A program made the position numbers and the translations under genes. From Anolis carolinensis (Eukaryota), in contig NC_085845.1 of NCBI RefSeq assembly GCF_035594765.1, positions 179,382,897-179,446,896 of the forward strand: a stretch of 64,000 nt of DNA, read 5' to 3'. This document shows, piece after piece, positions 25,667 through 38,949 of the stretch; positions within the stretch are counted from its first letter, which is position 1, and each line of letters opens with the position of its first letter. The notes beneath the pieces are model-generated. The model was not told the DNA's origin. It saw only the letters and a list, made by a program, of their open reading frames with translations, and ran no database searches.

Positions 25667-28600
25667 TTAAGCATCATTTCCTTCCTCTTGTGGTCTAGAA
25701 TTGCTGAACTCTGGAATCTGGTCAGTGAAAGACTGTGTCATCCATTGTCCATTAGCGACTTCTCCAAAGGAAGAACTACTGCTGTACTCTGTAGCAGTTG
25801 CTGCATAAAAACAAAACCAATGCAATGTTTTAAATTGATATTATTCAAATGATTACATCTGTAGATCATCCTGGAATAAACGAAAAACAAGGCTCTTCTT
25901 TGTAAGATGTAGTCATACACTTGGCTGCAATTTAGATAATCTTTATAACAGAAGTGGGCAACTGCCAGGGACTGGGGAGCTTATAGTCTTTAGTGTTAAG
26001 ACTTCATATTGGATTTTCACTACACCAGCACTTGATACACTACTGAGGAATTCAATTGTGGATTTCACCTCACGTTACTGGAAACCTGATTTTTTTGTGC
26101 CACAGGGGCAGTGGCTTCTCCCTTTCCCACTGCACATCCTTACTAGTAGCTACTAAGAGCATGGGCACAAGTATATAAGCCTTGGACAAAAGGAAGTCCT
26201 GAAGAAGATAAAGTGAGCGCTGATCCAGGGAAGTGTGTTAGGCATGGGGTACCTCTGGGAGGGCTTTTCTGGAGAACCACAGCCCACCACTTGCTGTAAG
26301 GAAATTCTGGCTCCCACTTGGCTGGAGGATGTTGAGAAGACATTTGTGTAGGAATACCACTTTTGGGTGTTTATCTGTGATAGGGGTGCAAGAGGTTCAA
26401 TCCTCCAGGTCGCATTAGGCTTTAAACATGTTTTACAGCTCTCACAAGTTCTTACAGATGTTTTCAATATGACTTTAAAAAATGATATCTGGCCTCTTCC
26501 ATGATTCCCCATCTCAGGCCTTAGGGGATCAGTGTCATGTCAGGTCAGATTGCAGCACAGAGGGATTTTTATTCCTTCCTATACTGTTCTGGGATGATAG
26601 GATTGAAATAATCTGCATTAATGAAAATGAACAAAATCTCTACCTGTTCCATTTGATGGGAAGTTACAGGGTTCACTCTCTGGTGCTGCTTCATCACCAT
26701 AAGCACCTCCATAGGCTGCTTCATATCCTGGATCATACTTTTCTTCTTTGACAGCCATCTTCTTAGCGTCCTCTGGATAAACAAACTCATAAAGCTAACT
26801 CAAATTCCTTATTACGAGTTTTACAACAGAGTAGCACTGTTATTACTTCCAATTTAATTGTAACCCCCCCCCAAAATGTGCAAACTTTTTAAAGTACTTA
26901 GTAATAAATTCTGAGGCACATTATATTAAGAACAAAATGTTTAGCATCTTTAATTTTGCAGCTCATGGTACTAAGCAGTAACCTAGGTCTACTTTATTTT
27001 ACTAAGTCATATTAGATATTGTGAAAATAATGTGGTTTTGTTTAATATCTTACCTTGTGCAAGCTGCAGGTCAAATGAGTAATGCACTTCTTGGATTTCA
27101 GAATTCGGTATAATACCTTTCAGTTGATCCCTCAGTTCTTTGAGTTTTATGTAATAATGAACCTTATCTTGTGCACGAGGAAACTGAGCACATCTTGCAC
27201 TGGACGATGGCATAACATAGCAAAGCTGTACAAAACCCCCAAGCAAATGTTAAATCAGAAATCACCAAATTATATGTATTTTTAAATAATAAGGCCTATA
27301 TCCAAAATCAGTGGGAATCACACAAGTATTGACTTATTATTTAACAACTAATTCAACAAGTGTAGTTTTAGGTGGGACTAGCAAACTAATTTAGGCCTAG
27401 CCTTATTCGCCAGAAATCTTGATAATTTCAATCACAGGTATTGAAATTTCAAAATCTTAAAGAGAATATTCAGCTTTGAATACAGATTTACACTCAGAAA
27501 AGCAAGTTATTTTCTTGGCCAATGCACATGTAAAACATTTTGATAAATGTTTCTCTCCATGAATGTGAAGCCTCTGAATAGTTACATTCCTAAAAATGAA
27601 AGGAACTTACTGTTTCTGTATCTGGGACTTTATGTGGCTGTAGCCCAAATTCCAGCTTTTTAACCTTGACTCCAAAAACCTCTTTACTAAAAATATCATA
27701 AATACCTACAGTGAAATTAAGATAAAGCCATTGTTAGTCACAAGACAAGAACAGTGGACTCAAAATGCAGGAACCTTGTAGGTTAAACAAACTCACATTT
27801 TCCATTAAAAACTGCTATTTTAGGTTGATATTTCTGCAACTTCTGCACCAGAATTCGTCCTCCTTCCCGAAACTCTTTGCTAAAAGAGACACAAATAAAA
27901 ATAGGACCACAACTAGCAGTGATCTACTGCGGAGTATTTGAACTTTACTGTACCTGGAAAGATCCTTGCTACCTGGTGTTGTCCTTTCCACCATGTTTGT
28001 AAAACCAATTCCATATTTAAACGGTAAAGTATGGTCATCCATATGATTCAACTGTTCTTCACTTAATCCAGACAAAAAAAGACACTTCCCTGTGAAGCAA
28101 GAATATACATGCTCCTTATAGTTTTAGAAATGCGCATATCACACAATTCCAATTTATTGTTCACCTATTTCTTTCTAAAATGTTACAAGTATAAAAGATA
28201 TACCTTACAGAAACAAATCAGATATATCAGCATTAATTATTAGGTTACTAGAGATAATGTTACCACATAATGAACATTTTAGCAATGCCTAAACAACTAA
28301 TATCTTACAACAGTACATTTGCTTACTATTATACTGTGTTTCCTGATGTGCAATTTGCTGCACACTTTGACACTAATGTTCATGGAAAGATGTAGCACAG
28401 TTCATATCTCATCCTATAATCTATAACTGCTTGGCTTTCCATGTTGAGGAATACAATGTATTGACTCATTAGTCCATATATGCATCTTTTTCACTGTAGG
28501 CCCTAAATACTCTAAAAGCACCAGATTCCATCTGATCTTGGTAGTTAAGTAGGGCCCGATCTAGTTAGTAAATGGATGGGAGTTTGCCAATGAATCCCAG

Positions 28601-30553
28601 GTGCTGTAGGTGACATTTCAGAAGAAGGAACTGGCAAAACTACTTCTGAGTATTCTTTACCTAAGAAAAGCCTCTGAAGTTAATGGGAGCACCATAGGTT
28701 GGGCATGCAATTTGAAGTCACATGGGTGCATACAGACACACCAGCCCCCCAAAATATAACCTCCCACTTTCTATAATCAGAGAAATCTAAATTAGAACTG
28801 AATTCTTAAATTTCAACAGATTATGAATGACGGCACTTACAGAAGTGGTTTCCAGGTCCTGGATAATGATGTCCTTTATAGGCAGCCATTAAACCTGGGT
28901 TTATACCAATCTACAGAAAAACACATACATTAATCACAATTGTTATTTGCTTGAGGAAGGCAGGCCATTGATCTAAAATTTGGACAAGAAACCCAGGAAA
29001 TAAGTGACTGTTAACTTAAAAGTGTTATCCTAGTTTGATGAAAAAAAATCTAAATAGTAAGAAAAATGCAAAAATTGGAAGATACCTCACTACCTCAGAG
29101 GTAGTGAGGTATCTCCATACCTCACTACCTCTGAGGATGCCTGCCATAGATGTGGGCGAAACGTCAGGAGAGAATACTTCTAGAACATGGCCATACAGCC
29201 CGGAAAACATACAACAACCCTTGGAAAAGATTGTAACTCTTTGCTAGGTATAAGGGAAGATTAGAAGATGGTCACTTGTAGTTGTCAGTGAGCCTAGAAG
29301 ATGAATAATTTGGAATGAACTGACTATCTTCTAAATTTTCTTCAAAAAGAAATAATCTTTAAATTGATAACTTCACAAAAATAAACATTAATTCTCATTT
29401 TTTCAATAAATTATTTCCTTTTTTTATTCATTGATATCCTGCCTTAATCCCAAAATGGAATGAATGACTGGTAAAAGTGTGACAGTTAATATGGTACTCT
29501 TACCAATCACTAGTAAGTAAACAAGTAAATCACTAGTAAGTAAACATTTAGAATTAAAACGTTAAGTCTATAAAGCTTTAAAATGCTTTAAAACTGAACA
29601 GAACTATTGAGGCATACACAAATGTTCATGAATTAAGAGTTGTTTTCACCAGAGAACCAGTGTGACGTAGTAGATAAAAATGTTGAGCTGGGACTCTGGT
29701 AATCCCTCATCTTCCATAAAACTCACTGAGTGACACTGGGCCACTTTTTTTACTCCAACATATTGGAGAATAAACTGGTGAAAAGAGAGCCATATTCTGA
29801 GCTTGTGGAAGACTGTAAGAGCTGTTCAGCAGTAGAACTCTGCCTCAAAGTGTGGTGCAAACTCCTTCCTTTGAAGGGAGAGGCGAGGATGGCCATTTCT
29901 CAGGGGTTTTTGATTGTGCTTTTCCTGCATGCCAGGAAACCAACAAATGTGTAAATTTCAGCGGGTGCTTCTATATTACGTATATAAAAAAGAGACCATC
30001 GTATACAAAAGCAGCTAGTTTTATGGATACTAAATTAAAAACAGAGTGCTTTTGCTACAATGTACTAACTGGTACATAACTTTGGAATTTATTATCAAGT
30101 TGCTACCTGAACTAGTTACAAAATATTCATTTACAGAGGAAAATAGGATTATTTTACTGAACTTACAATTACAATGTCTAAGTTGAAGGTCAATATATCA
30201 GGAAGAGTTTTGGTCAACAATTCAGCTTCAGTCACACCATTAAACCGATCAACTTTCCTTTTGACTTTGAACTTATCAGTGATTTTCTCCTGTTTGCCTT
30301 TTGATTTGGCAGCTTTAGGAACTTTAGGGACTTTAGCAGCAGGCTTTTTGGGTTCAGAAGATTTATTTCTTCTTTTTCTTCCTTTAACAGGTGCTGAAAG
30401 ATAGAACAGGATTTTAACAGTTTTTGTAATGAAGAAACGTAATAATGAAAACTATTCCTAAATTATATAGTTTTCAGTAACAACTAAAGGCCTTCTTTTT
30501 CTGCTGTCTGTTGGCTAAAAATAACATACTGCATATCCATTAAAAAGTATATG

Positions 30554-30598
<45 letters not shown>

Positions 30599-32620
30599 TA
30601 TTTTTACCCGCCCCTCTTTACGGCTTGAGGCGGGGTATAACATGGTCAAAACATAAAGATAAAACATAACACTATCAAAATACACATAACAAGATACACA
30701 CAAGACCACTGTGCTGTTTGATTGTTGTGACCTACTCTTACATGTGACAAGGAAAAAAAAGATATTTTCATTAAAAAAAAAACCCTGCTTGCATTCTTTA
30801 CAGACTTGACCAGATGTACTGATCATCTGAAATGGAAGTAACACATATATGACATGATGGGTTATTTCCAACACTCAATAACCACTGAAGAAACAGCAGA
30901 ATTCTGCATAAATGTTCATGATGATCTTCATTCCCTAAACTACACATACCCAAGTACTAAAAAAAAACAAAACAAAAAAAACCCAACCAACCCCACAACA
31001 ACTACAACAGATCCACTGAGCAATTTTCTAGGTGATTTTAGGGCTACAGAAAGAAGAATAAAAGAAACTCCAAAAATCCAGTGTCAACTTTATTTCAAAC
31101 AAACATCTATAGAAATCGTTACTATGTAAAGTATCTGGAAATAAGTATTAAAAATAAGCTGGAGGTGTTTGTTCATACATCACCAATCAAATAGTGTAAA
31201 GCAGAACTACTTTAGTATAGTAAGAATTATCTTGAAAATAAGCCAAACATATAACTGAAGCAATGCCAATGTTTTTGGAAGAAATTAATTAATACATATC
31301 TGACTGAAACACCTCAAGAAAAATAATAATACCTGGAATAGGTTCCTGAACCATGTTTGGCTCCAAAATTTCCTGAGGAGTTTCCTGATCATTCAATGTA
31401 TCCATATCTGTAGCAGTCATCATTTGATGGAATGAAAAAGGATAAAATGCTGGTTGAAGAGGAGTGTAGTATCTTTTGTTTAAAAAAAAAAGGTAGAGAA
31501 ATAATTACTGTCCAAACTGTCAAGTTAAGACAAAGTTTTTAAGGTACTTCACATAATCTTCACAGCTGAACTGGCAAATTTCTTAGTGGTTATTTGGATA
31601 AATGTAGTATTATTCTCATCTCATAATCATATTTCTGGGGGGTTGTGTGGTTTCCAGACTATATGGCCGTGTTCTAGCAGCATTTTATAATAATAATATA
31701 ATAACTTTATTCTTATACCCCGCCCCATCTCCCCGGAGGGACTCGGGGCGGCTTACATGGGGCCATGCCCTGACACAACAGCGCAAAATCAAAATCAAAA
31801 CAACAAGCAAATCAACCAACAATAAAACATCAACATGGATAAAAACAGTCATGAAAGGTCAATATACAAAATAAAATGTTAAAATCGTGAGTTGGATCCA
31901 AAGATCTGGGCCAAGGTGTAGAAAAAATGTCAAGTCATTTTCTCTTGACATTTCACCTGCACCTGTGGCTGGCATCTTCAGAGGATGCTAGAACACAGCC
32001 ATACAATCTGGAAACAACACAGTACCCCAGTGATTCCGGCTGTGAAAGCTTTCAACAATACATTTATTTATATTTCTGTTTTTACAGATCACAGTCAGTG
32101 TTAATATATTTACCTAGCTTTTTGTTTTAATATTAGCAAAGTGCTAATAGGGCTCATTTCCAAAGCATTAAAAAAAGTGAGTCGTAAAGTTACATTTTCT
32201 TTCTCCTATCTGTATGGTCAAGATACTATATGAACTTGTCCAAAAGAAAAATGATGGACTAGTCAATAGTTCAAACAAAACATACATTTGATTTGCACAA
32301 AATTATTTAAAATAAAGTGAACCAGTGGATTCAGAATGCACAATAACTACAACAGAGGGCACATTCCTGAGAGTAATTTATATTTCCTAGAATTTGATTT
32401 TTAAAACCTTCTAACTGCAGCTGTTGTGGCTTTAGACAAAAAGGTTAAATGGCTGAATTGTACTTGTTCACTGTAGAATTTGTGCAGTTTTTCAGTAATT
32501 AAAATAATCCCCAGGGCAATATATACATTAATGAAAGTCAATTTGAGTTCTTTGTTTTAGAACAAATCTTTTTATCTATTTTTTAAAATGAAAGATTATG
32601 CAATGTTCTGGGGTAGTACA

Positions 32621-32669
<49 letters not shown>

Positions 32670-35341
32670 GAAGAAGAAGAAAAAGTATGTACATATGAAG
32701 ACGCTGCACATTCCACTCTAATATTAATAATATGTGTGTGTGTGTGTGTGTGTGTGTGAGTATTCGAGTGGGAAGACTCTGCACTACAATAACAATAATG
32801 TGTGGGTGTTTAGAAGTGTGAATACCCTGCACTTCCCACTCTAATAACACTAATAATTATGTGTGTGCGCGAATGTGAAATCCGAATACATTCCATTGTA
32901 ATAATAATATCGGTTAACATGATTTGTGTGACACCTCCCATCCTAATGACAATAGGAGGAAATCATTATAATCATCACCATCATCATATGTGTGTGAGAG
33001 AGCATGAATACCCTGCATATTCCACCCAAATAGAAATAATGTGTATGTATCAATACTCTGCAGATCTCATTGAAACAGTAATAAGTGCCTAAGAGTATGG
33101 ACCCTGCACATCATTAATAACTGTGCATGAGTCTGAAGACCTACATATCGCATTCTAATTTGTAAAATCATAACGTAATTTGACGTTTAATAGGCTTTTC
33201 CTTAATCCCTCCTTATTATCCAACATTTTCGCTTATCCAACGTTCTGCTGGCCCACTTATGTTGGATAAATGAAACTCTACTGTAATAGTAACACTGGTA
33301 ATAAAAATGGTATGTGTAGCAGCAGTAATAATGATGTGTGTGCAAGGATGAAGACCCTGCATATCCCACCCTAACATAAGTAGTAGTAGTAATAATAATG
33401 ATGTATGTGTGTGTCTGAATATCCCACATATCCCACCCAAGTTGTAATAAGAAATGTGTGTGATGAAGACCCACAGATTACACTATAGTAGTAGTAATAA
33501 TAACAACAATGTGTGTGAATACTCTGCGCATCCCACCCTAATAGCAGTAATAGCATTAATAATGTAATAATGAAGACCCTGTACAATGCACCCTAACAGT
33601 GTAGTAGTAATGAGGACTACTGTGTGAGAAAGACCCCACACATCAAACCCGATGAGTACTGATAATAAAGATGAAGTGTGTGTAGTTCCTACACATCACA
33701 CCCTAATAGTAATACGTGTGCGCACAAGCATAAAGACTCTGTACATCCCACCCTACCAGTAATAATACTAATACAGAAATAATGAAGCCCCTGCACAATG
33801 CACCCTAACTGTAGTAGTAGTAGTGATGACAACCACTGTGCGAGAAAGAGGACTCCACACATCAAACCCTAACAGTAGCAATAATAATAATTTGTGTAGT
33901 CCCCACACATCCTATGTAGTCCTCAAGCATCACACCTTAATAATGTGTGTATACAAGTACAGGGTGTTTGAAAAAGAACTCCCTATTCACCATTTAAATT
34001 AAATGGTGAATAGGGAAGTCTTTTTCAAACACCCTGTATAAAGACTCTGTACATCCTACTCTATCTGCAGTAATACTAATACTGTAATAATGAAGACCCT
34101 GCACAATGCACTCTAACTGTAGTATTAGTGACAACTGTGTGAGAAAGGCCCCACACATCAAACCCTAATAGTAGTAATAACCATAATGATCACGAAGTGT
34201 ATGGATAAGTCTACATAGGGACCACCAAACACAGCATTGCCCAAACACAAATCAAGGAACATGACAGGCACTGCAGATTAACTCAATCAGAACACTTGAT
34301 GAACCAAGCTGGACACATCATATTATTTGAGAACACAGAAATGTTGGATCACTAAGACAACCACCATGTCAGACTACACAGAGAAGCCACTGAAATTCAC
34401 AAGCATGTGCTTAGAAATGAAATCCACGTACTTAGAAATTTCAACAGAAAGGAGGAAACCATGAAAATGAACAAAAACTGGTGACCAGTATTAAAAAACG
34501 CTAAAATCAGAACAGTAAATAAAGAACAACACTCTGAAACCAGGGGAATTCCAGGCATGAATCAATCAGGGGCAGCTAACACCTCTGAACAAAGGATTTC
34601 CCCAGACAGGAAGAAGCCGAGACATGAAGTTGGCAAGGCCATTAATGCTAATCTAGGTGACTAATTGCAATATTCACACTGGCCTCCAACAGTCTCCCAC
34701 TCTGGACCTTCCACAGGTATATAAACCTCCCTTCCTTAGTTTTCCAATATACCTCACCACCTCTGATGATACCTGCCATAGATGTGGGTGAAATGTCAGG
34801 AGAGAATGCTTCTGGAACATGGCCATACAGCCCAGAAAATGCACAACCCAGTAGTAGCAATAATAATACAATAATAATGAAGACATACTGCATCCTAATA
34901 GTAGCAGAAGTAGTAATGATGACATACTGCAAAACATACATTTGATTTACACATCGCACCCTAACAGTTGCAATAATACAATAATGAAGACATAAAGGTA
35001 TTAGGATGCAGTAGTAGTAATGATGATGTGTGTGCTAGACTGAAGGTCCCAAACATCGCATCCTAATAATGATGATAGTAGTATGTCTGTGTGTGCAAAC
35101 CCCACCCTAATAGTGATGTGCAGTCTTGGTAAGTGTACATGAGGGCGTGAAGGCTCATCGCCCTCTCCCTGTGGCCCAATCAATGAGTCTTTTGTACTGG
35201 GCGCGCTGCTCAGGTCAGGAAGGCCGGCCTCGGCCTCAGCCTCAGCCTCCCTCCAAGCCCGGGCCCAGCAGCCTCCTCTTTCCCTGCCTGCCTCCCCTCC
35301 GCGGCCAAGAGGTACCTGGGGCCTGGTTCCTCGGCTTCCAT
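25667..35341 (-). CDS. TDG: G/T mismatch-specific thymine DNA glycosylase (403 aa, 10 coding exons)
   Basis: Exons 35341-35316, 31472-31333, 30393-30167, 28910-28841, 28089-27954, 27879-27797, 27705-27611, 27225-27054, 26772-26644, 25800-25667 sum to 1212 nt. Catalytic IGINPG, MPSSSAR, PIP-degron [14 protein letters not shown] and SUMO site VKEE are present. Confidence 0.97.
28493..28725 (+). mobile_element. 5S rRNA-derived SINE (SINE3-type), degraded
   Basis: Head tctgatcttggtagttaagtaggg...gttagtaaatggatgggag...caggtgctgtagg follows 5S rRNA and is followed by a non-5S body (gaagaaggaactggcaaaactacttctg). Confidence 0.75.
29080..29220 (+). mobile_element. Penelope 3' fragment with an intact minimal hammerhead motif and a 17-bp perfect inverted repeat at its truncated end
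   Basis: CTGAGGA tgcctgc catagat gtgggc GAAACGTC at 29131-29165; agatacctcactacctc-a-gaggtagtgaggtatct at 29080-29114. Confidence 0.8.
30554..30597. repeat. (AAT)n microsatellite
   Basis: Directly visible. Confidence 0.95.
33958..34038. mobile_element. Tiny hairpin Tc1/mariner-type MITE
   Basis: TA cagggtgtttgaaaaag...ctttttcaaacaccctg TA, almost fully palindromic. Confidence 0.8.
34195..34850 (+). mobile_element. Penelope element: GIY-YIG endonuclease C-terminus plus pseudo-LTR
   Basis: [24 protein letters not shown] and REATEIHKH peptides, followed by the pLTR with a hammerhead-like motif. Confidence 0.85.
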
Positions 35342-35610
35342 GGCCGAGCGCGGTGAGAGAAGAAAGCCTCAGAATGAAGGCCTCACCAACCAGCCAGGCC
35401 CAGAGTCAAGCTCGACCGGGGGTCCCTCCCTCGCAGAGAAGCCGGCTGCGCGCGCCCCTCGCGGCTCCTCCCTCCCTCCGCTTTCTCCCCCTCCCCTCTC
35501 GATACCTTCTGAGGCCCCTCGCCCTCACACACCGCCGGAAATGACGCCCCACAGCCTCTAGAGATACGAAAAGGATAGAGTGACACGCCAGCCGCTTCCT
35601 GTATCAAAGA
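35200..35610 (-). promoter_or_regulatory. TDG CpG-island promoter and exon 1 region with an ETS/CRE-like composite motif
   Basis: CpG-rich; CCGGAAATGACG at 35535-35546. Confidence 0.6.
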
Positions 35611-35624
35611 GCAACTGTCAAAAG

Positions 35625-35810
35625 AGTTGCTGTGAGTTTTCCGGGCTGTAGGGCCATGTTCCAGAAGTGTTCTCTCCTGACGTTTCACCTACATCTCTGG
35701 CAGGCATCCTCAGAGGTTGTGAGGTCTGTTGGAAACTAGGCAAGTTGGGGTTATATAGCTGTGGAACGTTCAGAATGGGAAAAAGAACTCTTTGTCTGTT
35801 TGTCCGTGTA
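35625..35810 (-). mobile_element. Penelope pLTR fragment
   Basis: Reverse complement of the same pLTR consensus. Confidence 0.8.
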
Positions 35811-36158
35811 AATAATAATACTAATAATAATAATGATTGTGCAGTTTTCTGACATTGTATATTTCTGCCGCTTCTGTGACTGTTCATTTGTATTTTGATT
35901 CCGTAGCCCACTTGTCGATGGATGTCCAGAATCGGCAGCATCCACCGCGGTCCTTTTTATCCTGGGCGACTTTGTATAGACTTCGTTTTGGTTTGATTCT
36001 CCATAATGCTAATGGGTTAGGTGCTCTTAGTTCCACTCCTCAGCTGAGACCTCTCTGGCTTGGTTGGACCTACCGGTAGTTACACTACCGCCAGCACAGC
36101 TCTCAGCATCATTGGAACAGTTAAGCCAAAAGATCTCAGCCGGCATTTGAAAACAATA

Positions 36159-36472
36159 GGTAAAAGGTAAAGGTTTCCCCTGAAGTTAAGTCTGACTCTG
36201 GGGGTTGGTGCTCATCTCCATTTCTAAGCCGAAGAGCCGGCGTTGTCCATAGACACCTCCAAGGTCATGTGGCCAGCATGACTGCATGGAGCGCCGTTAC
36301 CTTCCTGCCGGAGCGGTACCTATTGATCTACTCACATTGGCATGTTTTCGAACTGCTAGGTTGGCAGAAGCTGGAGCTAATAGTGGGCGCTCACTCCGCT
36401 CCCAGGATTTGAACCTGGGACCTTTCGGTCTGGAAGTTCAGTCCTTTAACACACTTCGCCACTGGGGCTCCT
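36159..36472 (-). mobile_element. Sauria SINE
   Basis: Same consensus as 12344-12677. Confidence 0.88.
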
Positions 36473-36663
36473 TGAAAATAACAGATATTGACAAAATTAC
36501 GATCTGCCAGCTGCAAAAGGCCACCCTACTGGGGTCTACGCGTATCATCCGAAAATACATCACACAGTCCTAGACACTTGGGAAGTGTTCGACTTGTGAT
36601 TTTGTGATATGAAATCCAGCATATCTATCTTGTTTGCTGTGTCATACAATAATAATAATAATA

Positions 36664-36985
36664 CAGTAGATTCTCACTTATCCAAGCCTCGCTTATCCAA
36701 GCCTCTGGATTATCCAAGCCATTTTTGTAGTCAATGTTTTTTATATATCATGATATTTTGGTGCTAAATTCATAAATACAGTAATTACAACATAACATTA
36801 CTGCATATTGAACTACTTTTTCTGTCAAATTTGTTGTATAACATGATGTTTTGGTGCTTAATTTGTAAAATCATAACCTAATTTGATGTTTAATAGGCTT
36901 TTCCTTAATCCCTCCTTATTATCCAAGATATTAGCTTATCCAAGCTTCTGCCGGCCCATTTAGCTTGGATAAGTGAGACTCTACT

Positions 36986-36986
<1 letters not shown>
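36664..36986. mobile_element. Tc1/mariner-type MITE followed by (AAT)n
   Basis: Same family as 9156-9474; TA target-site duplication. Confidence 0.85.
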
Positions 36987-37035
<49 letters not shown>

Positions 37036-37137
37036 CTTTATTTGTATTCCGCCTTATCTCCCCAAGGGGACTTGGGCGGATTCCAGCATAAAATGACAAA
37101 CATTAAATGCCTCCATAAACAAACAAATATTCTTCTT

Positions 37138-37730
37138 TACTCGTTCAGTCGTTTTCAACTCTTCATGACCTAATGGACCAGTCCACGCCAGAGCTCCCTG
37201 TCGGCCGTCACCGCCCCCAGTTCCTTCAAGGTCAAGCCAGTCACTTCAAGGTTACCGTCCATCCATCTCGCCCTTGGTCGGCCTCTCTTCCTTTTTCCTT
37301 CCATTTTCCCCAGCATCATGATCTTCTCCAAGCTTTCCTGTCTTCTCATGATGTGGCCAAAATAATCAGCTTTGCCTCTAGTATCCTTCCCTCCAGTGAA
37401 CAGTCAGGCATTATTTCCTGGAGGATGGACTGGTTGGATCTTCTTGTGGTCCAAGGCACTCTCAGGATTTTCCTCCAGCACCAAAGTTTAAAAGCGTCTA
37501 TCTTCCTTCGCTCAGCCTTCCTCATGGTACAGCTCTCGCAGCCATAGGTTACTATGGGGAATACCATTGCTTTTACTATGTGGACCTTCATTGCCAGTGT
37601 GATGTCTCTGCTTTTCAGTATTTTATCGAGGTTGGCCATTGCTCTCCTCCCAAGAAGTAGATATCTTCTGATTTCCTGGCTGCAGTCTGCATCTGCAGTG
37701 ATCTTCGCACCTAGAAATATAAAGTCTGTC
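37138..37730 (-). mobile_element. BovB (RTE) LINE 3' fragment
   Basis: DFIFLGAKITADADCSQEIRR.LLLGRRAMANLDKILKSRDITL...YGCESCTMRKAERRKIDAFKLWCWR, the characteristic BovB ORF end. Confidence 0.9.
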
Positions 37731-37769
37731 GCAACAAATACTGACATAAAAATTCCAGAGAAACCTCAC

Positions 37770-38577
37770 TGTGAAGAAGTGTATAAATATATTTTGTTTA
37801 TAGATGACATGTGTATTTGATTTTGTTTGAACAGTCAGGTTTGGCTAAGTTTAAAATGGTGAGTATTTGAGTTGATGATGTATGGGGGAAGGTAGCCATC
37901 TTAAGGCAGGTTACCATAGCAACAGGGGCGGAGCCAACCGCCGTTTGGAAAGGAAAAGGGGGAATGTTTTAAAAACCCAGGCAGTCTGTGATTTCCATTC
38001 ACAGTGAAGGAACTGATTCTTGTGTAGAGGATCAGGGTGGCTCAAATAGAAGAGTTTGAGTCAGGTCTAAAATAAAGAGAATTATTTTAGGCAGTCTGTG
38101 ATTTTCTAGTCACAGTGGAGGATCTGATTCTTGTGAGGAGAATCAGGTTGGCTCAAATAGAAGGATTTGAGTCAGATCTAAGTTGGACCAGACTAGGCAA
38201 GTTAGGTGACTTGTTTAGGGTCATTTATAGAGCCTGTGGATTAGGGAAAGTTAATCCCAGGGGATCCAGGAGGATCAGGGTTTAGTGTAATCCAGAGAAA
38301 GAAATATTTTGAAAGTTTGACCACCTCATATCCGTTTGTAACCATTAAGCGAAGTGCCTTTAACAAGTTATATGAAACCATCAAGCTCTGTACCTGCAAT
38401 AAACTTGTTTTGATTTTATTCAAATCAAGCCTCTGTCATACTCTTATATTAAGTTAAGCAACAACAACATCTGGAGTAAAACAAATAGAAACAGCTTAAA
38501 AGAACCAGTGCCATCTGCCTGACGTCTCTTCCATTGGTGGCAGCGAAGAAGATAGTCAAATAAATAATCAATTAACA
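37770..38577 (+). mobile_element. Possible solo LTR
   Basis: TG...CA ends with tcac/tcat flanks, an internal direct repeat, AATAAA near 38398 and tggtggcagcg near the 3' end. Confidence 0.35.
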
Positions 38578-38949
38578 TCATCTCTCATAAGACATCTTTA
38601 TTAAGTGGTGGTATCTGTGTGTGTGTGTGTGTGTGTGTGGGATCAAAAAGATTCCATCTCTGTCACACATTCCTGTCAGACACCTCACCTCTGTACATAT
38701 TGGTGGCAAGCGGAGGGATTCAAAAGGGATTCCATTCCCTGTCACCCTCAGTTCTGTACACCCACATATAAAAATAACATTAAAACCTCACATCAATTTA
38801 AAGTCTAACATCAATAAATAAAACCTAACATCAATAAATTAAACTACCGGTACGTATAGTCAAACAAAATTATATTAAAATTATATAAAAATCCAAACAA
38901 GCATCCACAATAGTTTACAACAGCCAACTAGAGTTCACAGTGTGGGACT

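Larger units (their letters stand above)
32600..35120. repeat. Degenerate tandem satellite in TDG intron 1, interrupted by MITEs and a Penelope element
   Basis: Dozens of variants of gaagaccctgcacatcccaccctaa followed by (tag/taa)n and (tg)n tracts. Confidence 0.8.

Noticed and set aside
28493-28612. Functional 5S rRNA gene
   Set aside because: Heavily diverged and fused to a SINE body.
32600-35120. CRISPR-like repeat-spacer array
   Set aside because: Eukaryotic intron; the repeats are degenerate, the spacers are microsatellites and there are no cas genes.
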